Assembly: GCA_964016885.1 (NCBI GenBank)
Contig: OZ024748.1
Location: 21,700,001-21,764,000, forward strand
DNA length: 64,000 nt
Direction: 5' to 3'
DNA from: Eledone cirrhosa
Lineage: Eukaryota
The notes under the pieces are model-generated. The model ran no database searches, was not told the DNA's origin, and saw only the letters and a list, made by a program, of their open reading frames with translations. Position 1 is the first letter of the stretch. Each line of letters starts with the position of its first letter. Below are positions 28,304-41,200 of this stretch, piece after piece. Position numbers and translations under genes: made by a program.

Positions 28304-29162
28304 CATCCACTTTTCTAAAAAAATATATCATACACAAAAATGCCAGCACCAACAGTTTTCTAAGAGATGTCAACATGGACCTGTTATTTTTATCTAAAGA
28401 CATTTTTTTCCAATTCCACCCTGCCCGTCCCTTCAATCAATCTTATTTCTCATTCTTTCTTCTGATGAAGAACTAACGTCCAAAATGTTAAGACCCTCTT
28501 CCTACTATTTCAGGCATTAACTTAATATATTCCTTCCATATACTGTACCGATTGTGTTGTTATTTCTGTTTACCTTTTACATACATATATATATATATAT
28601 ATACACACATAATTGTATATATATATATACATATATATATATACAATTATGTGTGTATATATATATATGTATGTAAAAGGTAAACAGAAATAACACAATC
28701 GGTACAGTATATGGAAGGAATAAGTCCTAATGTGTCCTGTCTAAAATTATGTATATATAATGCCTGTATATATTAATCCATTTGTATCTCCTTTAAGTAT
28801 CGACAGTCGATCAACACGATACCAGACGTTAACGAGTGAAGTGCAGCTTGTCAAATCAGACCGAGGAAACAATGTTTCTAACAGTATTTCCAATTGCTAA
28901 TACTATCTGTTGGTCGCAAATCCAGGTAGGAAGAGCAACGTGAAATAAAGTGTCTTGCTCAAGGACATAATGCACTGCCTGGTCTGGTAATCAAAATCAC
29001 AACCGCACAAGCATGCCTGTGCGGTTAAGTTTTTTACACAAACATGTGATTTTCAGTTCAATCCCACAGCATGGCATCTTGCACAAGTGTCTTCTACGAC
29101 AGGCAAAGACTGACCAATGTCTTGTAGGTGATATTGGTGGATGCAAACTCTGTACAAGTCCT

Positions 29163-29215
<53 letters not shown>

Positions 29216-32200
29216 TTAATAAAAGATTGGAGACTATATTCAGTTAGTTCAGGTTTATTTAAAACTCCGTTATACATATTTCACTGAGGACTATCAGTTA
29301 AGATAGCCTAAGCTCTTCAGACGGCAAAACCTAAAATAAACATTGAAAGTTCTTAATAAACTATAAATTTGGATTTTCAAAATTTAGATACCGACCATGC
29401 TGGGGCACTACCTTGAAGTGATTTAGTTGATCATAGCAACCCCATTATTACCTTTTTTTTTTAAAGTTTGGGACTTATTTCATAAGCCACTTTTGTCAAA
29501 CCACTAAGTTATAAGACATGAACATAAACATACACACACACATACATATATATATATATACACACACAAATATACATATATATATATATATATATACATA
29601 GACACACATATACATACACACACACATATATATATACATATATACAGACACACACAGAGATTGTTGATAAGAATATTAAGTATAAGCTGACCTTCCAATC
29701 ATCAGATTGTAAAATTGGTAAAATATGATGATTAATAATATTGTCTGAGAGTAGAGGTTGCACTCCAATCTGAAGGATGAGTTTATGTACTTGTATATTG
29801 ATTTCAGGATCATCTGTAGAGAACAATCCTGCATGAAGAGTTCTCAAGTCATTCCAGAGCGGCAGGAATTTATCTAAAGAAGTAGAGTTAGTGCGAAAAT
29901 TCAAATTACATAAACAAACATTTCTCAACCAAGAACTTAAAAGAAAAATACTGTTAAAAACTCCAATAAGATTGGTTGATTGAAATATTTGGACAATTTA
30001 GAACATGCAATATGGAAGTGGATCTGGTCTTTAAAGACATCTGGTGAAATATATAATAGAACATGTTGATTGCTACTTAGATCTGGTCTTTAAAGACACC
30101 TGGTATTGATATATAATAGTACATGTTGATAGCTACATACATCTTGTCTTTAAAGACATCTGGTGAAATATATAATAGTATATGTTCATAGTTACTTAGA
30201 TCTGGTATTGATATATAATAGTACATGTTGATAGCTACATACATCTGGTCTTTAAAGACATCTGTTGAAATATATAATAGTATATGTTGATAGTTACTTA
30301 CCATTTTGTTTTTGTAAAGGATTTTTCTTGGAATCCATTGGAAGAAATACAGTTGCAGTGTTAAGTGTTGTTAGAACGGAAGAACTCAAAGGAATTATCC
30401 GTATCTCAGAGAGTTTTGCAAAAATATCTTCATTGTTTCCCATTTCATCCAAGCTACGGTAGACACAGGCTAACCACTGGGCAATTTTTGTTATTTGTTC
30501 ACTGTCCACTAAACACAAAATATTTTCAATTATTAAACAAAATAAACAAGTCAGACAGTTGTTCTCTCATAGTGTTGTCTATTTAATGTTTTATACCTAG
30601 CTGCATGCTAGCTTAGGATAATCTGGATGGAGGCGATGTGAGCTGATCCTAAATCACTGAAGATCACAGAGGAGATGACGAAGGACTGTGGTAAATGGAG
30701 GGATGTTGTGCTGGAAAAGACCTGTCCAACCCATGCAAGCATTTTTAGAGGAAGCAATGTCATGGTAGATGTCTTCAGTGCTGGACTTACCTATAAACTA
30801 AATAAGCTATAATTTAGCCACACCACCACCACCGGAGCCTCATATTTTAAAATATATCTTTATTTTACCATTAGTTTTTATTCTTTAACACTAAATCATC
30901 AAAGATTATATATATTATTAATATTGTATCATTAATATTAATATAAACAAATAATAATCATGTTTACTTATTTTAAGTTTTTTTACCCAAATTCTTTTAG
31001 AGAATTTCATATAATTTATGGCCTCAACAGGTGAAAGTTCAGCCCTGGAAGTCTTTCCTACTACCCAGCAATGAAATAGGAATGGGATCCGTTCTCAGTG
31101 AAGTAGAATGTTGTAAGAGCAATATAATTTACTACAATGATGTAATAATATTTCAATTCCAACTCAACCTGTCTTCCAGTTTAGTGGCACAATTAAACTA
31201 TAGGGCAACTTTATGAAATTTTCCTGGCTTATCACCATCTAATTTTTTTAACAGATGTATCAAGATATGTGTAATATTTTCTCACAAAATAGCACTCTTT
31301 ATATATATGTTAATGGGGAATAAATATTAAAATGGTTTAAAATAAAGTTTTTCTCAGACATTTGCAGGTTATTTGTTTGTTGTAACCAGCAGACAACAAA
31401 AGGTCGTAATCCTAATAGAGGGTAAGCTAATATAGAAAGTGTTTCTCATCAGTGGATGAGTGTAATTTTACTAATTAATCGATTTACAAACTTCAAAATC
31501 TTAACCCTTTAGCATTTAAACCGGCTGTATCTGGCCAGAATTCTCTCACCTCCTCCTTTTCAAACCAGCCATAACCGGCTGCTGTTATGGTATTGTTCTC
31601 AAAATAAATAATATCAAAATCTCGGTGATTCAATATTATGTGAAATAAAGTGTTTACTATGAAAACACAATAGTAAATATAGAGTAATGTAAATGTAATG
31701 GGTTAAAGCAGAAATACTTGCCTGTTGTGTTACTAAAGCCATTTGCTAAACCTTCTCCAATCTTTAACAAATGAGCTGTTTTTATTTTCTCAATACCTAA
31801 GCTGTTAGTAATACTTGTGTTGAGAACACTAGCAAGATCTGCATGCAGATAATATAGGTTTAAAATTTCTTGAAGCTTTTGTGGAGGAGCAACTTTCATG
31901 GTCAGTGAGTCTTGTCCAAGCAGTGTCTGGGAAGGAATCTTCCACTGAATGCTGCCACCTAAAAAAAAAACATATATCAGTAGGGCACATGAGAAGAAGG
32001 ACATGGTTTTTGCCTGTGGCATAACACAAAATTAGATTTTCAACTGAAGATACCGTCCTCATATCAACAAATGCATTTGTTGATAAGGGAGGTGAATTTA
32101 TCTTTGTCATTGTGATTGCTCAGATTCTCCAACTCGGTAGTCCATTTATCATACCAAACAACCATATATATATGAATATGAAATTTTAAAATGTCAAATA

Positions 32201-35200
32201 AAAAATATATAATATTATCTACGTAATTGTCTTCACCAACATTATTATCTGTAATTCTACATTTTCAGGTATTTCAAGCATGTCATCACCCAACTTACCT
32301 TCTGTTAATGATTGACAGGGAATGCATGGTTTACTTCTCAGTTTTTTCAGAATGTGTGTTGCAATTGGTTTAAAGAAATCAAGAACTTCATCCTCCTCAG
32401 GGACAAATTGTAAATAAGAAGCAATTGCCATCACAGGTGAACTGAAATTTGGATGAGTCTAAAAACATACAAAAAAACAAAACAGTTAACATTTTAATAA
32501 TAATAATTGTGTGTGTGTGCGTGAGTGAATATATATATATATATATATATATTTACAAGGTTCGGCTGACCAAGATACTCTCATGGAATGACCAAATGAG
32601 GTTTACTTTTCAACATAGTCCCTGGAAAAAAATAATGCAGTTATTAATAAGAAGAGTTGAAATTAATGCAATCAAGATTTCACATCTCTAGTATCAATCC
32701 TTCATAGTCAGCCTATGAACTTTTCAACCAACCCTCGTGTGTGTGTGTGTATGTATGTCATCATCATATATTTTCCAAAGAATCTAAAACCTTACCTTGA
32801 ATTTTTCCAAAGCCTCTAAAAAGAGAGAAGGTATCTCACTATTGAGCCACTGGTTCCACAAGCTGTCAGAATCAACAGCTTCTCTGTTGGATGGCAAGTC
32901 AAAATCACCTACACAAGAAAAGAGAATTAAAATCATAATACAAGTAGCATGTGTGTGTGTGAGTGAGGTGGTCATGCAGACGCCACAACAAAAAGATTCC
33001 CAGTCTACAGTGAAATGTGCTTAGTGTAAGGAAGAGCCTCCAGTCATAGAAAAACAAGCCCAAAACAGACCATATGAGCATGACAGTCACCCAACCTGTC
33101 TAGCCTCATAAGATGTCAGTCCGTCTAACCCATGCAAGCATGAAAAATAGACATTAACCCTTTAGTGTTAGTGTTCAAACCAGCCCAAACTGGCCGCAAT
33201 TATTTCCCCTTCATTTGTTCAAACCGGCCATAACAGGCCAACACCCTCACTAAAATATTGTTCTAAAAATAAACAATACCGTCATCAAAATCTCGTCAAT
33301 TCGAGATTACTGCAAGATTAGGCCCTTACCATGAAAATTAACACTTAACATAATGAAACTACTTGAAACAACACGTGTTTTTTTTAACGTTGAAAGTAGA
33401 ATAGATTTTTTATGTGTATCAACATGACTTATGAAAGTAGCAATACTGACTTTGAAGCTTTTACACACGACGACATTCAAAATGAACAAGAAACAAAAGA
33501 TAATAATAGTGATTTATCTTCAAATGAATCAGATGTTTACATTTCTGAAATTTCATCCGACGATGATTGTTGTTTTGAAAGTGAAAACGAAGGAGATCTC
33601 CAGGACGCCATTGAAGATATTACAGCAACATGGTGAAAAAATACCACACCTATACATGTTCTTGATTTTATTGAAAATACTGGTCCACAACACACATTAC
33701 CTCCTGATGCTAAAGCACTGGATTATTTCTTTTTGTTTTTGCCACAAACTTTCTTCGAAGTTGTGGCAGAAGAGACTAATCGATATGCCCAACAACAGAT
33801 TTTAAATCGAAGAGAACCCGATCTGTTATGGCAACTGACAGATGCTGCAGAGATGCAAGCATTTTTTACCATAAATATTATGTTTGGTATAAAACAATTT
33901 CCAAGACAGGAATTACTGGAGCACTGATATAAGGTTTAGTGACCCTTATATATCAAGTATTATGGCAAAAACAAGGTATTTAAAATTAAGCCAGTATTTG
34001 CACCTGGTTGATACTTCAAATGTCCCCGGTAGAAATGAATTGAATTATGACCCTCTGTATAAAGTTTGACCATTTGACCATTAATTAAAATGCTATCTGA
34101 AAAATTTTAAACAGTATATATACCTGGGAAAAATCTTAGTGTTGATGAAGCTATGATTGGGTATAAGGGTAGAGTAAATTTCAGACAATATATGTCAGCT
34201 AAACCCACCAAATGGGGCATCAAGGTGTGGGAAATCTGTGAATCAGACAGGCTACTGTGCAAGCTTTGATGTTTACACAGGAAAGAAACACAATGGAGAG
34301 AGAAAAAATGGATTGGGGTATAATGGATGTTGTGTGGTCTCTGACTGAACCCTTCCACTCTCAACACAGACACACATATTTTGACCGTTTTTTTTTATTC
34401 AGTGCTACTAACAGAGGATCTTGCCCTCGTAAATACGTACAGCTGTGGTACAATAATGAGGAATCGCAAAGGGCTACCCCAAGAAATAAAAGTCACAAAA
34501 TTTAAAAAGCGAGGGGACATTCTCCAAGTGCAAAAAGGGAACATGTTAGCCACATTGTATAAAGACAAACGGCAAATTTTGTTCCTATCTTCTAACCAAC
34601 AACCACTCCTATAATAAATATATGGGCGGGGTTGACAAATCCGACCAATATTGTGAGTATTACCCAGTTGGACGCCCTGGAAAGAAAGGGTGAAGATTTA
34701 TCTTGTGGTTTTTAGTGAATTTAACCATTGTGAATTCTTTTATTGTATTCACTAAAAACCACAAGGATCCGCCACCACCAAAGGACTACAGCCACATGAA
34801 ATTTTGTGTGGACGTCACATCTCAGCTACGTGGAGGATATACTTAACGCAAACACAAAGCTGGGAGAAAGTCAAAATTATCTGAGGTGAACAAAGAAAAT
34901 ATTGATTTTCACAAAGTGGAGAAAATTGATGGAAGGAAGGTTTGCCGAATATGCTCTTTGCAAAAGAGAAAAACTGCTAAAGGTTATGGAATTGAAAACC
35001 TTGTTTATGTGTTCCTTTTGCAAAGTGCCATTATGTAACAGCTGTTTTGGCCAATATCATAATAGAAATATTGTCTGACAATATTGAAAAAAATATTAAA
35101 AAAATATATTGGAACACATTAGATACAAAAACACCTGCATTCACCTGTGTCACACCTGTTAATGAACTTATATATTGAGCACATTCTTTTTAAATCTACT

Positions 35201-38200
35201 CAGTACATTGCCAATATTATTTTGACTGGTGAAAGGGTTTTATACATTTTTTTCAATGAAAATATTTGCATGAAATGTAGAGACAGACTAAAACCGTGTA
35301 TTGATTATACCTGTATTTTAAATTAATTCACCTGTTCGGAAAAGTGCTAAAATTGTTGGAAGTCAACATCTAGGTCATTGTTGGATATTTTTTGTTACAA
35401 ATCTAACAAGTAAGTCAGATAAAGTTTAAATTTTTGAGTTTATCCATAAAGTCATTACTTTTACACCTGTTAATTAATTTCACCTGTCCATAAAAGTCAA
35501 ATTTAAGAAAAAAAAAAAATCAGTAAAAATATATAATTGTAAATTATTGATATTTTAATATCTACTGACAAAATTTCAAGTCTGCACATAGAAGATTAAG
35601 AAAATTACAAACAAATAAAATTGATAACCCTCTTGAGTATGATTAACTCAAAATAATTATTTCTACTTTTGGCATAAGGCCGGCAATTATCCCAGTGCAT
35701 TACTGGTACTTTATTTTATCGACCTCGTAAGGATGAAAGGCAAAGTTAACCTCAGCTGGATTTGAACTCAGACCATAAAGGGCCGTAACTCTTTGCTACA
35801 AAGCACAGCGTCCGACCCTCTACCGATATTGCCAATCCACTGGCCTTATCTCAAAATAATGTGAATAGATAAGCATGACATTTGAAAATGAATGTGAATG
35901 CTAAAAGGTTAAACGATGATGATGATATACTATTTTATAAGTATGTATATGAAACAAATTATTTTTTTAGCAAGGATTTTTCAAACTTATTAAATACAAA
36001 TGTGGAAACATGACGTGTAACATTCCCAATGAGGCACTCTGGTACATTTGACAATTATGTTACATGACACTTGGTTATTTTTCCACTCAACTGGAAGAAA
36101 TTAGTTGCAATAACACTGGTGCTATCAACCCCTGTCTTTCCTTTGAAAGAAAATATTTTGACAAGATACCACACATCTATAGTTTGGTGGTCAGTATAAA
36201 AGCTAAATATAGATGAGGTCAATTTAAACCATGCATCACACAGCAATAAGCAAAGTTAACATTAGTAATAAATTTAGTTACAGATAATTAAGTCAACAGT
36301 TATTACACATGAGTTAATGTGAACAAATAAAATGAGACAGATCTTCTGAATGTTAGTAGCATAAACTACATCACAAATATCTACCTTGAATGATGAAACG
36401 CAGACCATAAGAACGTAGTGGCAAGAAAGCAAACACAGGTTGCTTTTCTGGAAGTACCTGAAAATAGAAAAATTCAAGAGAATTACATTGAATGAATATG
36501 TTAAATTTGAAGAGGTAGACAAATCTGAAGCTATACAGAGATCTAACCCATGCTAGCATGGAAGATGGACATAAAACGAAGGTGATGATGATACAGAGAA
36601 TTTGGGTAATCTGAAGTGAAGTTGATGGTATTGTATTTTTTAAGTTGATAACACTAACATACAGTAATGTATTGAAAGTGACGTAACTGTATGAAACTGG
36701 GGGAGGTGGGAATAAGATTTCAGCAAAGCTAATACAAAAAAAACAGAACTCATGATTTCTACTAAAACAGGATGTGTGGGCAGAGATTGCTGACAGTTGA
36801 CACAAACAAAAGAATAAGATTTAACATACAGTTACCAGGTAAGTTGACAAATAAATTGTTTGTTTGTAGCATATTTAATGTGTAAACAATTACTTTAGAA
36901 GTTTTAAGATGAGCTACAAGTGTAAATTTATTATCAAAAAGGAACTTATTCTAAAAGTAATTATTATTTTTATCTATTTTATTTTCAATTAACATTCATT
37001 TCCAATATGTGTATTTGAAGTGTGTGTCCAATGTATATACATATATAAATACTTATCTACATATGCATATATACATACTTATCTACATACATATTCATGT
37101 AAATATTGGACAAGTCCTATAAATAGCTATAAAGTTGTGTTTTATACCCAATTTCATCACCATCACCTTTAATGTCCATTTTTCCATGCTAACATGGGTT
37201 AGATGGGTTGTCCCATGTTTTGCTCATACAGAATTGTTTCTGGCTTGGTTTCTACAGCTGGGTGCCCTTAACACGAACCACGGGTACATTATGATTATTA
37301 ATACAAGTGTATGTTTTGAGAGAGACAGAGATAGAAGTGCACACAAACCTGGGAGTTGAAAGACTTGTTTAACTTCATTGGGAAAGCTAAAGCAATCTCT
37401 GTTGATTCCACATCAATATCAGATTTCACCTGAGAAGAAAGAAATAAGAAACACATTTTAAACATTAGAAAAAGAAACACTTGAGAATTTCTTTACTTTC
37501 ATTTCATGTATAGTTGACTGGTTTCCTCAAATTTAAACATAATAAATATGGTGAGGAATTTAGTGTAAAAGTAGGTGTTCATCAAGGCTCTGTCCTTAGC
37601 CTCCTCCTGTTTATTATTGCCCTACAGACCGGCTGCTCGTGGGAACTTCTATATGCAGATAATCTAACCCTCATAGCTGAATCTATGGCACAACTAGAGA
37701 AAAAATTCCAAACATGGAAGCATGGCCTAGAATCAAAAGGCCTTAAAGTTAACTTGTCTAAGACTAAAGTTCTAGTATGTAGAAAGGAAAATAGGGAAAT
37801 GGCCATGCTCTGTGTAGGAAAGGAGTAGATAGAAATTCCATTCTATGCCCCAAATGCAAACTATGGATGGGTACATAAAAGATGTAGTGGGATCACAGGT
37901 AAGCTATCTAAGAATGTAGATTTTATATGTAGCTGAGACAGTGAGACATGGGCATTGTGTGCAGATTGGAAAGGAATGAAGCATGCATGCTCTGTTGGAT
38001 ATATAATAGTAATATACGTGAACGACAAAAAATAAACAAACTAAAAAATAGCAAAGTTTACAGATTTAGGGAAGTAGGGAAAATAGAACTGTTGTTATAT
38101 TCAAGCTTTATACAAATATATTAGTAATGAAATCAGATATAGTGTGCCAGAGAGAAGACTGCACTGGTATAGACATGTTTCTGGAGGATGTCAGTTGTAT

Positions 38201-41200
38201 AAAGAAATGTAGAACACTGAAAGTGGATTGAACCTGTGGAAGAGGGAGCCCTAGGAAGACATAGGAACAAAAAGATATTCCTTCATACCTGTGCAGAAAC
38301 TTTGGTAGCATCCAGCAGTTTCTTTACAACAAACCAAGTGTCAACATTTCCATTGTAAGTTATTTCAACAATATCATATGGTTCATCATACCGCTGCATC
38401 ACTGTTTCTATGTCTTGAACCTGAAATACAAATTTTATATTTCTTATATTTTTCAAACTAGATTCTCAGACAAAAATCACTCTAGTCACTTTGTTAAGTT
38501 ATACATTTCTGATTATGTTCAATTATTCTAGGACAGGATATAAGTATAATGGATGAAGACTTCCAATTTGTTATTGGTGAGTATCTTCTTATGTCTGTAT
38601 TAATCCAAAACCATCACAGAAAATATCAATTTTTATTTCATATAAAACAAGAAAGTTGATAATTATTTCCACTCAGTTGTTATGTATTAGATAAGAGTTT
38701 ATATCTAAACTATCTTTCTACAACTAACTTCTGCTATATTTGGTGTTGTTGGTATTAGATAGTGTGAAGCTGTTGTCTGCAATAGACAAAAATTAACTCA
38801 TGATCAAGTTTTATGAACTTTCATTCTATATATTTCAATAATACTTTCTAAAAATTACATTCTTAACTAAATCTCCAAGGAATATGACTACAACACAGCT
38901 GCCCACTAAAACAGAAAGGTAGTAACAATACTTAACAGATATTTAAAACATACTAGTTTAGGTTTATTGTTATGGAATTGTAACAATAATATAATATTGG
39001 TCTACTGCTTGAAGAGTTGACAGTAAGTGTATTTTTATGTGATTGTAAACTAAATACCATCATCATCAAATTTAAATCACCACTGGAAACAGTGGGAACA
39101 CTGCATTATTGATGACTGCTTCATTCATAGTTAGTGCAGAGTTGCAATAATTCCTTGAGTTATAGCTTGGAGAGATGTAATTCATTAGAATAGCATTAAA
39201 TAATACATGAAAAATCTTTGTATGTTGTCTCTCTGACCCAATGAGGTATGAAAGTTGGCTGAAAAGTTCATAGGCTGACTATGAAGGATCGATGCTAAAG
39301 CTGTGAAATCTTGTATGCATTAATTTCAACTTATTAACAACTGCATTGTTTCTGTCCAAGGACTACGTTAAAAAAGAAACCTAATTTGGACAATCCATGA
39401 GAGTATCTTGGTCAGCCTATGAACTTTTCCGCCAACCCTTGATTCACTAGAATTGTTACGACTTCATCTCATTAAACTGTAAACATTAATAAGTATAAAA
39501 TGACATGTTTACCTCATTCCATGAGGGTCAAGACATTTGTGAAATACTTACCTCATTCCTTAAAGTGATCTTTTTAAGTCGATGTAAAAAGAGTAGCAGA
39601 GATGGGTGGATGTCATTGAAACTAGCAGCAAGAGATTTAGACTGTTGTACCCCATCCTTTAAGGGTAGAATAATCTTTGTAACCCAACTATTAAGAGAGA
39701 AGAAAATAAAAAAGGATGCTAAGAAGATTCTAAGATGAAAATTAAGAAAAACAAATGATGGAATATTGAGAATAGAAATTAAAACATTGTTGTTGTTGAT
39801 GATGGTGATGGTGGTAGTAGTGATGGTAGTGGTGGTAGTAGTAGTTGTCTTGATGTGGTGATGGTGGTAGTGGTTGTTGTGGTAGTGATGGTAATGGTGG
39901 TAGTGGTGATGATGATGGTAGTGGTGGTGGTGGTAGTGTGGTGATGGTTGTGTTGATGATGTGGTGATGGTGGTAGTTGTGATGATGATGGAAGTGGTGG
40001 TGTGATGATGGTGGTAGTGGTAGTGGTGATGGTGGTAGTGTTGATGAGGATGATGGTGGTGGTGGTAGTAGTGGTGGTGGTTGTGTTGATGATGTGGTGA
40101 TAGTGGTAGTGGTGATGATGGTGGTGGTGGTGATGATGGTAGTGGTGGTTGTGTTGTTGATGACGGTGGTGGTGGTGGTAGTTCATTATAGTGCTCCAAG
40201 CCATAACAGAGGAGTTTAAGACTGGATGCCCATGGGAACTTCTCTATGCTGACGATCTGGTTCTTATAGCAGAATCAGTAGAGGAGCTAGAGAATGAATT
40301 CTGGCTATGGAAACAGCAGTTGGAATTAAGAGGACTGAGAGTGAACCTAGCTAAGACAAAAATGTTGCTAAGTAGAAAAGAGGACAAAACTCTGAGTCCA
40401 TTAGATTCTATAAAATGTACACAATGCAGATCTTGGGTACACAAGAGATGTAGTGGGATAGCAGGCAAACTAACAGGTAGGGAGAAATACGTATGCAGTA
40501 GATGTACAGGGAAATTTGACAGTAGAAGTTGCATTGATAGACACATTTTTCAAATGCAGGTGGGTTTTATAGAAGTGGTTGATAGCTTCCGGTACCTAGG
40601 TGATCAGATTAGCATAGGAAGGGGGTGTTCCGAGGCCATAGTATCTAGAACAGGGGCAGGTTGGAAGAAGTTTAGGGAGCTGCATCCTCTGCTGACAAAG
40701 AAGGGTTTCTCCCTGCGTACGAAAGGCCAGTTATATGATGACGGTGTGAGATGTGCGATTCTGCATGGTAGTGAAACATGGGCAGCAACTGCAGAGGATA
40801 TGCGACGGCTGAAGAGAAATGAAGCAAGCATGCTCCGTTGGATGTGTAATGCCAATGTACGTGAACGACCAAGCATGGATGGGTTGAGAGAGAAACTGTG
40901 TATAAGGGGGATAAGTTGTAGTGTGCGGGAGAGAAGACTGTGATGGTATGGTATGGACATGTGATGCGCATGGAGGATGACCGCTGGGTAAAGAAGTGCC
41001 AAAAATCCCAGTAGAAGGAAGACGCAGTTGAGGAAGACCACAAAAAACATGGGCGGAGGTGGTGAGAGCGGACCTCATCGCTGAAGCTCACGGAGGAGAT
41101 GACGAAGGACCGTGACAAGTGGAGAGATGCTGTGCTGAATAGGACCTGTCCCACCCTTGCAAGCAGGGAAAAGTGGACGTAAAATGATGATGATGATGTG

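Noticed and set aside
33424-35078. Domesticated PGBD gene
   Set aside because: Multiple stops and frameshifts with TIRs retained; antisense to the host gene
39528-40204. Poly-His/Thr/Pro ORFs
   Set aside because: Translation of a (GGT/GAT)n tract; only 39552-39687 is exonic
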